Source: Takakia lepidozioides (lineage: Eukaryota; Plantae; Bryophyta). From it: DNA of 64,000 nt. Below are positions 1-11,839 of this stretch, one piece after another. The stretch lies in the NCBI GenBank assembly GCA_030704615.1, contig CM060732.1, forward strand, positions 18,104,001 to 18,168,000, given 5' to 3'. The notes beneath the pieces are model-generated. The model was not told the DNA's origin and did not search any database. It was given only the letters and a program-made list of their open reading frames with translations. A program made the translations under genes and the position numbers. Each line of letters opens with the position of its first letter. Within the stretch, counting starts at the first letter, position 1.

Positions 1-531
1 ATGGTATGGAAGCCTTACTTCCAGTGGAATTCTGTTACCTACCATGAGAACGGAGTGGGGAAAAAGAATGGAATTGCAAGACTCCATCAAGGTCAGGAAA
101 CATGAATTATACCATGTGGAAGAAGTACGTGCTGATGCAGCTGATAATATGACAAGAATTCAGATGAAGCGAAAGGAACAGTTTGATGAAGGAAAATTAA
201 AGACTTTTAAGACGGGGGATTTGGTTCTATGGTTGCAGAAGAAAGGAAAGATTCAAGCTTCTAAGCTCAAATCACCGTGGAAAGACCTTATGTCATACAA
301 AAGATGTATGATAACAACACCGCCATGTTACAAACCATTAACAAAGAAATGCTGGGAAGAGTGAATGCAAATAAGTTGAAGGGGTACAGTGGTATCCATG
401 ACAAACCCCTGCAGCATGATTTGCATGTTGAACCGCAAGAGCAGTCACGGGCTGCACCAGTGTTACGAACGGAGTATGGAACACTTGTCGCTAGGCCCAG
501 CATATATGACCAGGGGGCAAAACAAACGTGA
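1..531 (+). pseudogene. Ty3/gypsy (non-chromovirus, Athila/Tat-like) integrase C-terminus, frameshifted
   Basis: Across three frames: GMEALLPVEF...FKTGDLVL...KLKSPWK/RPYVI...GRVNANKLKGY, the GPY/F-type integrase tail with no chromodomain. Confidence 0.8.
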
Positions 532-830
532 CACAGCCTATCACAGCCCAGCAAGGCGCACACACCTAGCAACATCACAACAAAACACATCACACACATC
601 CCAGCAAGGCGAACACACAGCCTATCACAACACCATCAAGGCGTAACACAGCCATCACTCCCATCACGGCGTGACACAGCCTATCACAGCTACCACAGCG
701 CAACTCACACCTATCACAGCTTACCACAGCGCATCACACACCCTATCACAGCTTACCACAGTGCATCACAGCCTATCCAGCGTAACACAGTATGACACAG
801 CCTGTCACAGCTCAACACAGCCTACTAAAG
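528..830 (+). repeat. Degenerate CACAGCCTAT/CACAGC microrepeat tract downstream of pol
   Basis: Many cacagc(c/t) units; the same motif occurs at 5108-5355 and, reverse-complemented, at 53030-53610. Confidence 0.85.
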
Positions 831-1214
831 TTACACGATCCATAGAATCAGTGACAAGTGGACACATAAAAACTTCAGGAAAATGGCTGAAGGAAGAGGA
901 AACGGAAATTAATTTAAAAATAACACGTGGAGGTCAGGGTGCGACACACAGCAGAGAATGAAGTGCAAGACAGGTGTCAAAAAGAAAGAGACAAGAACGG
1001 CCGTCAAATGGGATGAAAGGCGGGCCCATTAATGAATACGGAAAAAGGGAAACGGAACGAACGGCAAGTACAGAAAAGCCGAATCATGTCGCATGTGTGA
1101 TCCTAGTGGACTATCCAACAGGGAAAGTCCACTAAAGAAGATAAAGTTAAAATCCAGTCACAGCAGATACAGCCAATAGAAAACCAGATAAATGATCAAG
1201 AAAATGGAGGGAAA

Positions 1215-4200
1215 TTGAGTGCAAGAGGCGGCGTCGTTCTGAGTAACGGGCGTCTCGACAGGACAGGCCATAAATGCTATAACTTGGAAACTATGGAGGA
1301 ACTAACAGACTATACGCTCGCAATATTACTTACGCAGTGGCATAGACACGAAACGACAGAGCAGAGCTTTTCTCTTGAGCAATGCTTGCAAGCCCCGCAG
1401 GCTTACAAGAGATTACCCATACCTTTCTGCGGCAACCATACGTTTATGCTTTGTGCACTACAGGCATTCCTGCAGTTGTTACAGCCAAAGCAGTTCTGTG
1501 AGTCTAAGATGAAGAGAGTGAGAGGAATGGAGGAAATCAGGGTGAAGAGCACCACAATTCTGCAGAAACAAACGATGGCTACTCCACAGGCGATAAAGAT
1601 ACTGGAGGAGCTGAGATTGGAAGGATTGCAAAGCCTAGATTGGACACTACACCATAGACAGTACATGTTACAATTTTTGCAGAACTTTGAGCCAAGGACA
1701 GGAACAACAACGGTGAAGGGAGTTGAATTAATGATTACTCCCCTATACCTCCAGCAATTGTTTTAATTGCCAGCAGGTCAGGTGCATGTGGGGGAACACA
1801 GGGCAAGACTGCAAATAGGGGACTTATTCCAAGAAGGGAGTTTCTTTAAAACTCAGGGTTATGCTTGTACCAAAGCTGTGTACCCAGGGTTAAAAGAGAT
1901 AGAGGTCCAGGTATTGAAGTTCTGAAAATGACTATAGCAGAGAGTACTACTACTGCAAGAGTACAATCCTATCATAGTGTCTGGCCCAATCATTGCTCAA
2001 ATAATCCTTAATTCTGGCATACTTAATGCACAAGAAAGGAAGGAAATGGGAGTGTTTGAGCCAGAAACAACTGCAATGGAAGAGCAAGGCTCTTCACACA
2101 GTGAGGGTGGACTAGCAGCACAACCCGAGACTAAGAGGCAGAGAAGGGGAAAGACTGTAGTGGCGGATCCACTGGCTTCACGGATTCCGCATGATAATGT
2201 TTCCCAAGCTCATGACCAGGAAGGGGCACAGCAGCACAAAAGAATGTTATTACTGGAAGCAGGACCTTCAGAGAGGGAGGAGGAAGTTACTTCTGCATCA
2301 CAGCCAACACAGCCACTTGAACGACTTGTCACAAGGTCACAAGTTATCCATGCAGCTCAACCCGAAATAATTGATTTGGAAAGTGAAGGGATAGATATTC
2401 CAACTACAGAACAGATAGTGGCAGAAATAGAGAAAGGGGACCTTCTCTATGAATATTCTGGTCTGGCCAAGGAGACAGAATTCCCAGAGGTGCAACAGTT
2501 GCCCAAGGGAAATCCTGAGGTGCATATAATGCACACACCTGTGTTGGAGGTACCACAGGCGGAAGGTCATGACACTGTAACACCAGTCATAGATGAAGTA
2601 GTTCAGGAAGAAAATCCGGTGGGACAATGGCCTGAATGGTTAGTGAGACATCATACTGTTGAAGATCGGGAGGAACAGCAACAACCTCACCATGATGACC
2701 CTCAACAGGCAATGCTGATGAGTTCCATAGGCAGGACACTTAATTTGTTGGGGACTTATGTCAAATCCCATGTTCCAATTACCCAATTGACAGCCTTGAA
2801 AGAGGAACTCAGGAAGGAGTTTGAGGCTCGACTTGCCACTGAGTGTGCAAACAAGGTCGATGAAGAGGTCACTCTCAAGATGAAGCAGGACTTGGGCAAT
2901 ACAGAAATGGCTTTGCAGTTGGCCAAGCAACAATTGATTGAGGCAGGCCTCGCGCAAGACCAGTTGCACGAAGCACATAAGCAACAGCTATACCAAATGC
3001 AGGTGCAGCATGAAAGCAAGTTGCAAGAACTGAATGCACTACATACGGAGTTGCAGACAGTGCATAACAGGATGGCGATACAATGTGCTACATTTACAAC
3101 TATGCTTGACCAATCAACAAAGAAATAAACAGTCAAGCGGAAAAATGTACGAAGGCAGAAGAAGAGAATGTTGAGCAAATGAAGCTCATTGTCGATATGA
3201 AGAATACAATCTGTCACATGAAGATACTTTCAAGCAATACAGGCAGAGGGAAGCTGATCAAGAGAAACACATCGTGGAGTTGCAACAAACCATCGTGGCC
3301 AATAGAAATGAAATCGCGGTCAGTAACAAGGCTTCGAAGGAAGCCAATAATCTACTTGCTGCCTATGCGCAATTGGTTGAGCCACAGGCGAAGCGCATGG
3401 AGGCTTTACAACAGCAGTTGGAATTGTACAAGCTAAGAGAGGAGCAAACTCTCAGGGAACCACAAGCAGCTTGGTGGATAACAGCCTTATGCAGGTCTGG
3501 TTAGCACAAGGGCCAGTAGAGGGCAAAAGCCCACGGAAGCTCACCCAAACGAGATGAATGAGCTCAGACTGCAGGTGCAGAACATTGCCACAACTACTAT
3601 AGACAATGTCTATAGTAGGATAGCAGAGTTACAAGAGGATGTAGACGGACTCCAGACTCAAGTGGAAGACCTCACTTCAAACATCGACCAAAGAGTCTAT
3701 ATCCCTCAGGAACAGCTAATGGCTTCTTATTTGCAAGCCAGAACTCTGGCTTTTCAGTCTTCACAGGAGGTGCAGGAGATGCCAATGATACAGGAGCCAG
3801 TACCACCACCACCACAACAGGTCAGTGTACCAATAGCTGAACCTGTGGTTACTACAACCACACCACAGCCACCACAGCCGGAGGTATGGGGCAATGCCGC
3901 TTTTAACCCACCTAAAACTCCAGCTGCAAGGGAGTACAGCAGGGCTATGCTTATGCCCTTCAACCAAATTCCCATCATGTTGGATTTGGCTTGGAAAGAA
4001 TTTAGTCCTCCGCAGTCATTCGCACATTACTACCAAATCATGCGTATTTGGCTGCCAGTGGCAACTAGGACTAAAGTTCTTCCAAACAATCGACATATTG
4101 AAGATCATCACTTTGCACAATACTGGCACGAGGCAGGTACCATGTTGAGGGAATTGGTTGCTTTCCAGGTTGTACATGGACTCATTTATACCAAGACCAA

Positions 4201-4948
4201 GGAGATAGCAAGTATTGTCATGGGGTGCGGGCTATACTACGCTGCTTGTTTTCTGGTACGTTACCACATTGAGCAACAAAAGATGCAAACACGCTTTCAA
4301 AGTTACTCCAGTGGAGATCATTGGGTATTACCTTCGGTGCCACCTCATATGTACCTATATGACCCAAAAGTTATGATGCAGAAGGATTCTCAAATTCGTT
4401 CATGGTTTCAAGCAGCCTGCAACCATTTGTCAACACAGAAATTCGGACTTGATGACATTTTCTATAAGGGACATGTGGCATGGAAGTACTTGCACGCTGC
4501 ACCAGTAATTGGTACCCCACTCATCTGGACAGACAAGGAGCTCAGTGCCTACACCAATTTTGCTGTTCAGCGATTACACCAAGTTGTAAAATACAAACTT
4601 CCAGACATGGTAGGACAGCATTGTATGCCCCAGATGATTCCACAAAAAGTTCGAAAATTAAAACACCTGAGAGGCGATGAGGATTCTGATACAACTGTTT
4701 CTTCACAGAATTCTTTTGACATGGGAGAAGACTATGCAATTCAGATGGAAGAGAAGAAACAAAGGGGATCTCCTATGCCGGAAAGATTACCTCGATATCA
4801 GCCTCCAGAAGGCCTCACTTATCCAGGTAGTGATCAACCATCTCCATCAACCAGAGACAGACCTCGGGCTCGTACACACAGCCCACCACGAAACTATCAA
4901 CGTCAACAAGGTGCTCACTCACAAAGGTTTGCTACTCGAAAACAGTAA
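1215..4948 (+). pseudogene. Extra sense-strand ORF between integrase and 3' LTR (Athila env-like position), broken into several pieces
   Basis: Consecutive + ORFs 1215-1766, 1977-3128, 3274-3504 and 3554-4948. QFLQNF...TVKGVELMITP..LQQLF*LP resembles the Athila-type plant-transposon domain; long Q/E/L coiled coil; stop lies just before the PPT. Confidence 0.6.
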
Positions 4949-4969
4949 ACCGTGAGGACACGGCTTTTT

Positions 4970-4982
4970 GAGGGGGAAGGGG
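4970..4982 (+). other. Polypurine tract of the first retroelement
   Basis: GAGGGGGAAGGGG followed 3 nt later by TGTTAG. Confidence 0.75.
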
Positions 4983-4985
4983 TAA

Positions 4986-5988
4986 TGTTAGAGGACTGTA
5001 GGGGACTTAGACACTTATACGGGATCTGTAGGGTACCCTTAATTTTTGCACAGACTGAGACCAACAGGAGCCTTAGGGGTGACAGCAGCGCACTGTAGAG
5101 GGGGGTTACACAGTCGTCACAGCCGACACATCCCGTCACAGTCGTCACAGCCCGTCACAGCCCACACAGCCGACACAGCCCGTCACAGTCGTCACAGCCC
5201 ACACAGCCAACACAGCCCGTCATAGTTGTCACAGCAGACACAGCCCACACAGCCCGTCACAGTCGTCACAGCAGACACAGCCCACACAGCCAGTCACAGC
5301 CCGTCACAGCCCGACACAGCCAAACACAGCCAGTCACCGCTTGACACAGCTGTCACGATAATAGGGAACGAAGAGTAGGACAGGGAACGACTGTGGGGAA
5401 CAACACCTGTGAAGGGAACATGTTAGTTCACAGACGACGGTTAGAGAGGGAAACGGTTAGAACCGCGGATAGGAGGATAAAGGGAGAAACGGGGAATGAA
5501 GGGGGATCATCATTATTCGGAGGAGGACTTCGGAGTCAGGCTGGAGCGGAGATCGGAGGCAAGAGATGGAGAGCACGATGAAGGAGAAAAGAGGATTAGT
5601 AGATGCTTGTTATATGCAAAGCTGTAGTGATATTGGAGAGCAGATTAGAGACATAATGGCTTCGGCCTGATACCTGATAAATCATAATCTGATACATATA
5701 CGATACAATCACATTGTGTAGAGAGATCTGAGAGAAGCTGTGGATTGAATGGATGAGTGAAGGAAACCGATAGATTGATGAAGCAAACTGATACTTAATT
5801 ATCAATGCCAAAGGTAGCTAAGATGAATGCGGAAAGGGAAACGCATAGGAAACACCCCCATGATACACTAGCTGTAGGTCATGACTGATTGTTCTGCGCG
5901 GGCTGAGTACTTAGAGATTTCCAACTCTTCTATCTTGGAGTTTCCGCCTCGGATAGCGAAGGGATGGGTGAGTAAAAGCCGCGCGACA
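4986..5988 (+). mobile_element. 3' LTR (about 1.0 kb) of the non-chromoviral gypsy element
   Basis: Starts TG after the PPT and ends ...GCCGCGCGACA directly before gag residues EPGTFEG of the next element; contains the CACAGC repeat at 5108-5355. Confidence 0.65.
5108..5355 (+). repeat. CACAGCC(C/G)GT/CACAGTCGT tandem microrepeat inside the LTR
   Basis: About 25 degenerate 7-10 bp units. Confidence 0.9.
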
Positions 5989-8900
5989 GAACCCGGCACC
6001 TTTGAGGGCGTCCGAAATCGGAAGGCACTCAACACCTGGCTCTTGGAGCTAGAGCAGTACTTCCGGGCGGCCAAGTTGAGTGACGAGGATCGGGTGGAAG
6101 TGGCTCCCACCTATTTGAGGGGCTATGCTCAACAATGGTGGCAGAAACGCCTTCACGACCGAGGTCCAAGTCCGGAAACCTTGAACTGGAGTGGGTTCAA
6201 GGAATTGTTGAAGAGACAGTTTGTGCCCCTCAACGCGTCCTGGCTTGCCCGGGACAAGATGAGGAATTTGAAGCAAACAGATGACATTCGGGGGTATGTC
6301 CAGGCTTTCAATGTGCTGTTGCTCGAAGTCGCGGACATGGCAGAACCAGAAATGGTCTTCAACTTTGTGGCGGGACTGGCCCCATGGGCCAGACGGAAGT
6401 TGGAGGAGAAGCCACCCAAGACTTTGAACGAGGCAACTGAGAGGGCTGAATGTTTCTCGGATGTCCTTAGGGGTGAAAGACAAGGCCGTACGGAGCTGAA
6501 CCACAAGAAGATTCGGCGGGAAGGTGACTCCTTCCGACCGGAAAAGAAGTGGGATAGGCCACGCGGCGAAAATGGCACGTGGAAATCGAAGGGAGGGCCT
6601 TCACACGTCAAGGCGGCACCCGGTGCTTCGAAAGGAAAAGCGGGTGGAGCGGCTTATGGCGGACAGAAGGCGACCTTTGATGGAGTGTGGTTCAATTGCG
6701 GGGAGCCCGGGCACATGGCCAAGAAGTGCACGAAGCCCCGGCAATTGAACATGACTCGGGCGACCACGGAGCTGTCGGAAGATACCATCAGTCGCTTGGT
6801 GGAAACGGTGGTCGCCAGGACTTGCAAGGTAGGCAAATTTTCTTGTGAGTTGTATCAGGAAATTGGCGCCTTACGAAAAGGGAGTCAGTTATTGTTCGTG
6901 GATGGGATAATATCCGGAACTAATGTGTCGTTGTTGGTGGACACAGGAGCGTCGCACTCCTTCATGACACCGGCAACGGCACAAAAGCTGGGACTCCCGA
7001 CAAGTGACGTTGGGGCCTCTATTGAGGTGCGTTCTGCCAAAGGAGAACCACAGTTGGCGACAAGGTTGGCGATTGATGTTCCTCTTCAACTGGGGAGTTG
7101 GGAGGGACGTGAGAACTTCACCATCTGCGAGATCGATGGAGTGGATCTCATTTTGGGGATGACCTTTTTGAGCAAATCCGGAGCGGTCATAGATGGCCGC
7201 AAGAGAGTAGTCACGCTGCCATATGGGAATGGTGGCGAGGTTTTACGAGTGTCTGAAACGCCCAAATCCGTGGGAGGGCGAATAAACCTTCTATCAGCAA
7301 AGGAGTGGGCCGTGGAGGAGGCACACGAGCCCCAGTTTTTGCTTTACATTAGAGAAGTGAAAGGAGAAGGCGATGGGGAACCGAGCCCAGATTGGATCAA
7401 GGGGATTTTGGAGAAATACCAGGATGTGATGCCGGAGGATTTACCAAGCGGCTTGCCACCGCGAAGAGGAGTTGACCACAAGATTGAGGTGATACCGGGA
7501 TCGGAACCGCCTGCCAAGGCGCCCTACCGGTTGAGCCACAGAGAGTTGGTCGAGCTGAAGACTCAGCTCAAGGATCTAATGTCAAAGGGGTACATCCGGC
7601 CGAGTAAGTCACCTTACGGAGCCCCGGTGCTATTCGCAGACAAGTGTCGATTACAGGGCTCTGAATAAGATGACTATCAAAAACCGGTACCCTTTGCCAA
7701 GGATCGACGACCTCTTCGATCGGTTGGCAGGAGCGAAGTATTTCAGCCGGATCGACTTGCGCTCCGGCTATCACCAAATTCGGGTGGCGGAAGGAGATGA
7801 GGAGAAGACCGCGTGCAGGACAAGGTATGGTTCATATGAGTTCTTGGTGATGCCTTTTGGGCTCACCAATGCACCAGCGACATTTAGCACGCTGATGAAC
7901 AGCCTTTTCCAGGAGTGGTTGGATGACTTTGTGATCGTGTACATCGACGACATCTTGGTGTACTCGAAAACAAAGGAGGAGCACCTGGAGCACCTCAAAA
8001 GGGTGTTCCAAAAATTGCGAGAAGGGAAGCTGTATGCCAAAGCTTCAAAGTGCAAATTCGGGGTCACGAAAGTGGAGTTCTTGGGGCATGTGATTACACA
8101 GGATGGGATCAAAATGGATGACAGAAAGGTGAGGCCGATCTTGGACTGGGAGCCTCCGACTTCGGTCCCAGGAGTGCGATCCTTCCTAGGACTCGCCTCC
8201 TATTACCGGAAGTATGTGAGAAATTTCGCCAAGATTGCGGGGCCGCTGTCAGACCTTCTGTGTAAATCTAAAGTCTGGGCATGGAACACCTTTTGTGGCC
8301 AAGCCTTTGCTAAATTGAAGCAGCGGATGGCGGAAGCTCCAGTCTTGAAAATCCCGGAGTTCGATCGTCCATTTGAGATTCATACAGATGCGTCGGACTT
8401 CGCGATTGGGGGTGTACTTATGCAAGATGGACGTCCAGTGGCTTACGAAAGTAAGAAACTGAATGAAGTGGAGCGATGGTGGCCGACGCACGAAAAAGAG
8501 ATGAAGGCGGTGGTGCATTGCCTTGAGCTCTGGCGCCACTATGTTGATTCCAACCCAGTGAAGGTGTTCACGGACAATGTCACGGTGAAGTATTTTGCCA
8601 CGCAGCCCAAGTTGTCCCCAAAACAACTTAGGTGGCAAGATACTTTGGCAGTGTTCGACGTGGATATCCAGTACAAACCGGGACGGGACAATGTGGTGGC
8701 CGATGCTTTAAGTAGAAAGCAGTAGCTCTTGTTGGTGTACAAGGGCGAGACGGCACTCCAAAGGAAGATCCGGAAGGCTTGCCGGAAGGATGAGCTGGCG
8801 AAGTCCGTGATGCAAGACTTGAGGATGGGGGTTAAATCGCAGTTCCACTTGCAAAATGGACTGCTCCGGTATAAGCAAAAGCGTCTCTACGTGCCGAAGG

Positions 8901-10206
8901 GAGGGATCAGGGATAGTCTCTTGAGAGAATGCCATGATAGCCCGCTTGCGGGCCACGGTGGAGCCAAGCGCACTGCGGCACTCTTGAAGAAAGAGTATTT
9001 CTGGCCCAAACTGAGGGAGGAGGCAGATGAGTATGTCAAGACATGCACCACATGCCAACAAAACCGGAGCAAGTACAAAAAGCAAGCGGGGCTGTTACAA
9101 CCCTTGCCGATTCCAGAGGGGACTTGGGAAAGCGTCTCGATGGATTTCATGACCGCTATGCCGCTGTCAAAAGGATTCGATGCAATCATGGTGGTGGTAG
9201 ATAGGTTCAGTAAAATGGGCCATTTCATCCCCACCAAGGAGACGGCAACGGCGCAGGAGACAGGGCGACTTTACTTCGCCCACGTCTTAAAGCATCAAGG
9301 AGTCCCGAAGGATATTGTCTCGGACCGCGATCCAAAGTTTACGAGTAAATTCTGGAGAGCACTTTGGAAGAAGATGGGGACGAGGCTGAAGATGAGCACC
9401 GCCTTCCGACCTACAACGGACGGCCAAACGGAAAGAGTGAATTCCGTAGTGAAGCAATTCTTGTGGAATTACGTGTCGGCAGACCAATCAGACTGGATGG
9501 AACACTTAGACGCGGCAGAGTTCTGTTATAATAACACAGAACACTCCGCAACAGGAGTTTCCCCTTTCGTGTTGGTCTATGGAAAAGCACCTCTGGTGCC
9601 GACAAGTTGGGCCGCCCAGGACGTTGAGGAACCGGCAGTAGCGGCGGTACTGGAAGAAAGCGAGCGTTTGTTGAAGCTCGCAAAGTACAATATTGCCAAA
9701 GCTAGGAAACGGTATGAAGGCAGGCGAATCGGAAGCGGAGGGAAGTGAAGTTTGAGGCAGGCACAGAGGTCTGGTTGAACATCAAGAATTTCTGACTACC
9801 TCCGGAAGTGAGTCCGAAGTTCGTGCCTCCGTATGCGGGACCCTTTCGCATTCGGAAGGTTATGAATGAGGATGTGTATGAATTGGAGCTGCCGGCAAAC
9901 AGCAAGGTGCACCCAGTATTCCATGTCTCTCTTTTGAAGCCTTACTTCAAAGATGAAGCACGTCCGAATCGGCATCAAGTGTTGCGTCCGCCACCTATGC
10001 TGTTGGATCATGAAAATGAACCTGAGTACGAGGTGGAGGCAATACTTAAGTCGAGGAGGTTCAGGAACCGAGAAACGGAGTATCTCGTCAAATGGAAGGG
10101 CTATCATCATGTGGAGGCATCTTGGGTGCGTGCCTCAGAAATGGGAAACGCAGCCGAGGCGGTTGCAGCTTTCGAAGGGCGACCTCAAAAGCGGAAAAAG
10201 CGTTGA
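5989..10206 (+). mobile_element. Chromoviral Ty3/gypsy gag-pol (gag, Zn knuckle, PR, RT, RNase H, IN, chromodomain), defective
   Basis: Gag LNTWLLELEQYF; knuckle (W)FNCGEPGHMAKKC; PR LVDTGASHSF; [10 protein letters not shown]; [14 protein letters not shown]; IN H-H-C-C and SMDF/SDRD/GQTE; chromodomain EYEVEAIL...YLVKWKGY. Small deletion/frameshift near 7640, stop at 8723, and frameshift/stop near 9720-9796. Confidence 0.95.
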
Positions 10207-10229
10207 TGGGGACATCAACCTTGGAGCGT

Positions 10230-10950
10230 GGGGGAGGAAATGCATGCTTAGCCCGGTTTAGCTAGCTCAGGAATCCGATTGCAAAAACTTGTATTGTACA
10301 AAAATTTGTTATAAAGGAAATGGGTTCCAAATATTGTGCGTCCTATTGTGTTTGGAATGGTGATGCATGGTGTGGTTGGCTAGTGTGTAGAATGCATGCT
10401 AGTTTACAAAAGTGGGAGAGGTAAATTGGGTTAATCGTGTGTTTGCGCAGTGCCGAAATCGGGTGACTCCCATCCAAGGGGCAAGGAAACTTGCGCCTTC
10501 TTTGGGAGTTCACGTGCTAGTGCGCACCTGGCGCGTGCGCGTACTATAACTGCGCTACCGAGGGGGTTGCCTTGTAATGCGGGCTAACGCGGAAGCTACG
10601 TGCTTCCGTTCACGTACTATAATCGTGTAGCCTCGGGACGAAGTCGTAGTGCGGCTTCGGCGTGTTCCCGTACCTCAGGCCAGCATTCCAAGGCGGACCC
10701 AATTGTAGTGATTGGGGCGCACGGTTGGTTCAAGGTTATCCTCCTAGTCAAAGAGGGTTCCAGGTGAACCCTTGCTCAAGGTGATGCCAAAAGTGGCATC
10801 ATGAGCGATCGCAAGCAATGTTGTTGCAGTAAGGCGATTCGATCCTCGGGGAGGATCGTTCCTTGGTCTTGAAGTAGGCCAAGAAGAGTGCACTGGGAGG
10901 AGCTGGAGAGGCTCCACCCTTGGCCAGGACTTGGAGGAAGTCGGCCAAAC
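10230..10950 (+). mobile_element. PPT and probable 3' LTR of the chromovirus (right boundary uncertain)
   Basis: GGGGGAGGAAA at 10230-10240 followed by TG at 10241, then non-coding sequence. Confidence 0.5.
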
Positions 10951-11112
10951 TAGCTAGTGGAGAGTAGAGTCAAGTGTGGGGTTTGGTTCTTTGCCATGGG
11001 ACGCCATGGTACAGAAACAAACTCCTTGATGTGGGACGCCACAACTTGGATGTTCGTTTCTACAAAATGGACAAGTCGATGAGGACATCAACTCCCTGTT
11101 GGTAGGGGTGTG

Positions 11113-11839
11113 TGTCGCGGCCCTTTGCCTTGAGGGCAGGGGGTCGGGACACATGAGGGGCTGCCCCTGTGGTGGGGGCAGCGGCAGCGATAGGTATGGG
11201 GGGGCTGAGGCACCCTTGAGTGCCCAAGGCACTCAGGGAAGCGGAGGCGCTCACTAGGTGGAGCCCCGCACACCGGGTTGCGGTGGGGGTGGCTCCACAA
11301 GGGGTGGTGGTAGCTTAGTGGGACTTAGTGGGGGTGGCATAGGACTCACCATGGGGGCGGAGACCTCGTGGTGGGAGTCATGGGGAGTCTTGGGACTCAT
11401 CACGGTCCATAGGGGCCGTGGTGAGCGGGCCAAGACTCACCGCGACTCACCACCGGGAATCGAGGGTCTTCATGGTAGTTCGCCATAAAATGGCATGGCT
11501 GGTTGTGAAACCCCCGCGGACAGCTACAAAAGTATATATAGGGAGTAGTAACCCCGAGAACGGTGCAAGCCCGTTGGTGACCAAAAACTAGTGAGTAAGC
11601 GAGCGAGCCGGAAAGCGACCAAAGAGTGGGGAGCTGTTCCGGACTGCCATCTACCAAAGGGAATTCTCCTAGTCCCAATTAGGTGGAGGGTTTTAGAGGG
11701 AAGCGAAAGGAGACCGTTATGTCCCGGTGAGCAGCCGAAGCTCCAAGTTGGCCCGGCGGCCAGGTTGGGAGTCAGGCGCGCGCATCAAAGCGAGTAACTA
11801 TGACTTGAAGGGGAGTTTACCGAAGTGAGGTGCGCGACA
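11113..11839. mobile_element. Solo LTR (727 bp), copy 1
   Basis: Termini TGTCGCG...CGCGACA; reverse-complement match to 21351-22075; flanks GTGTG/GCGCA. Confidence 0.85.
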
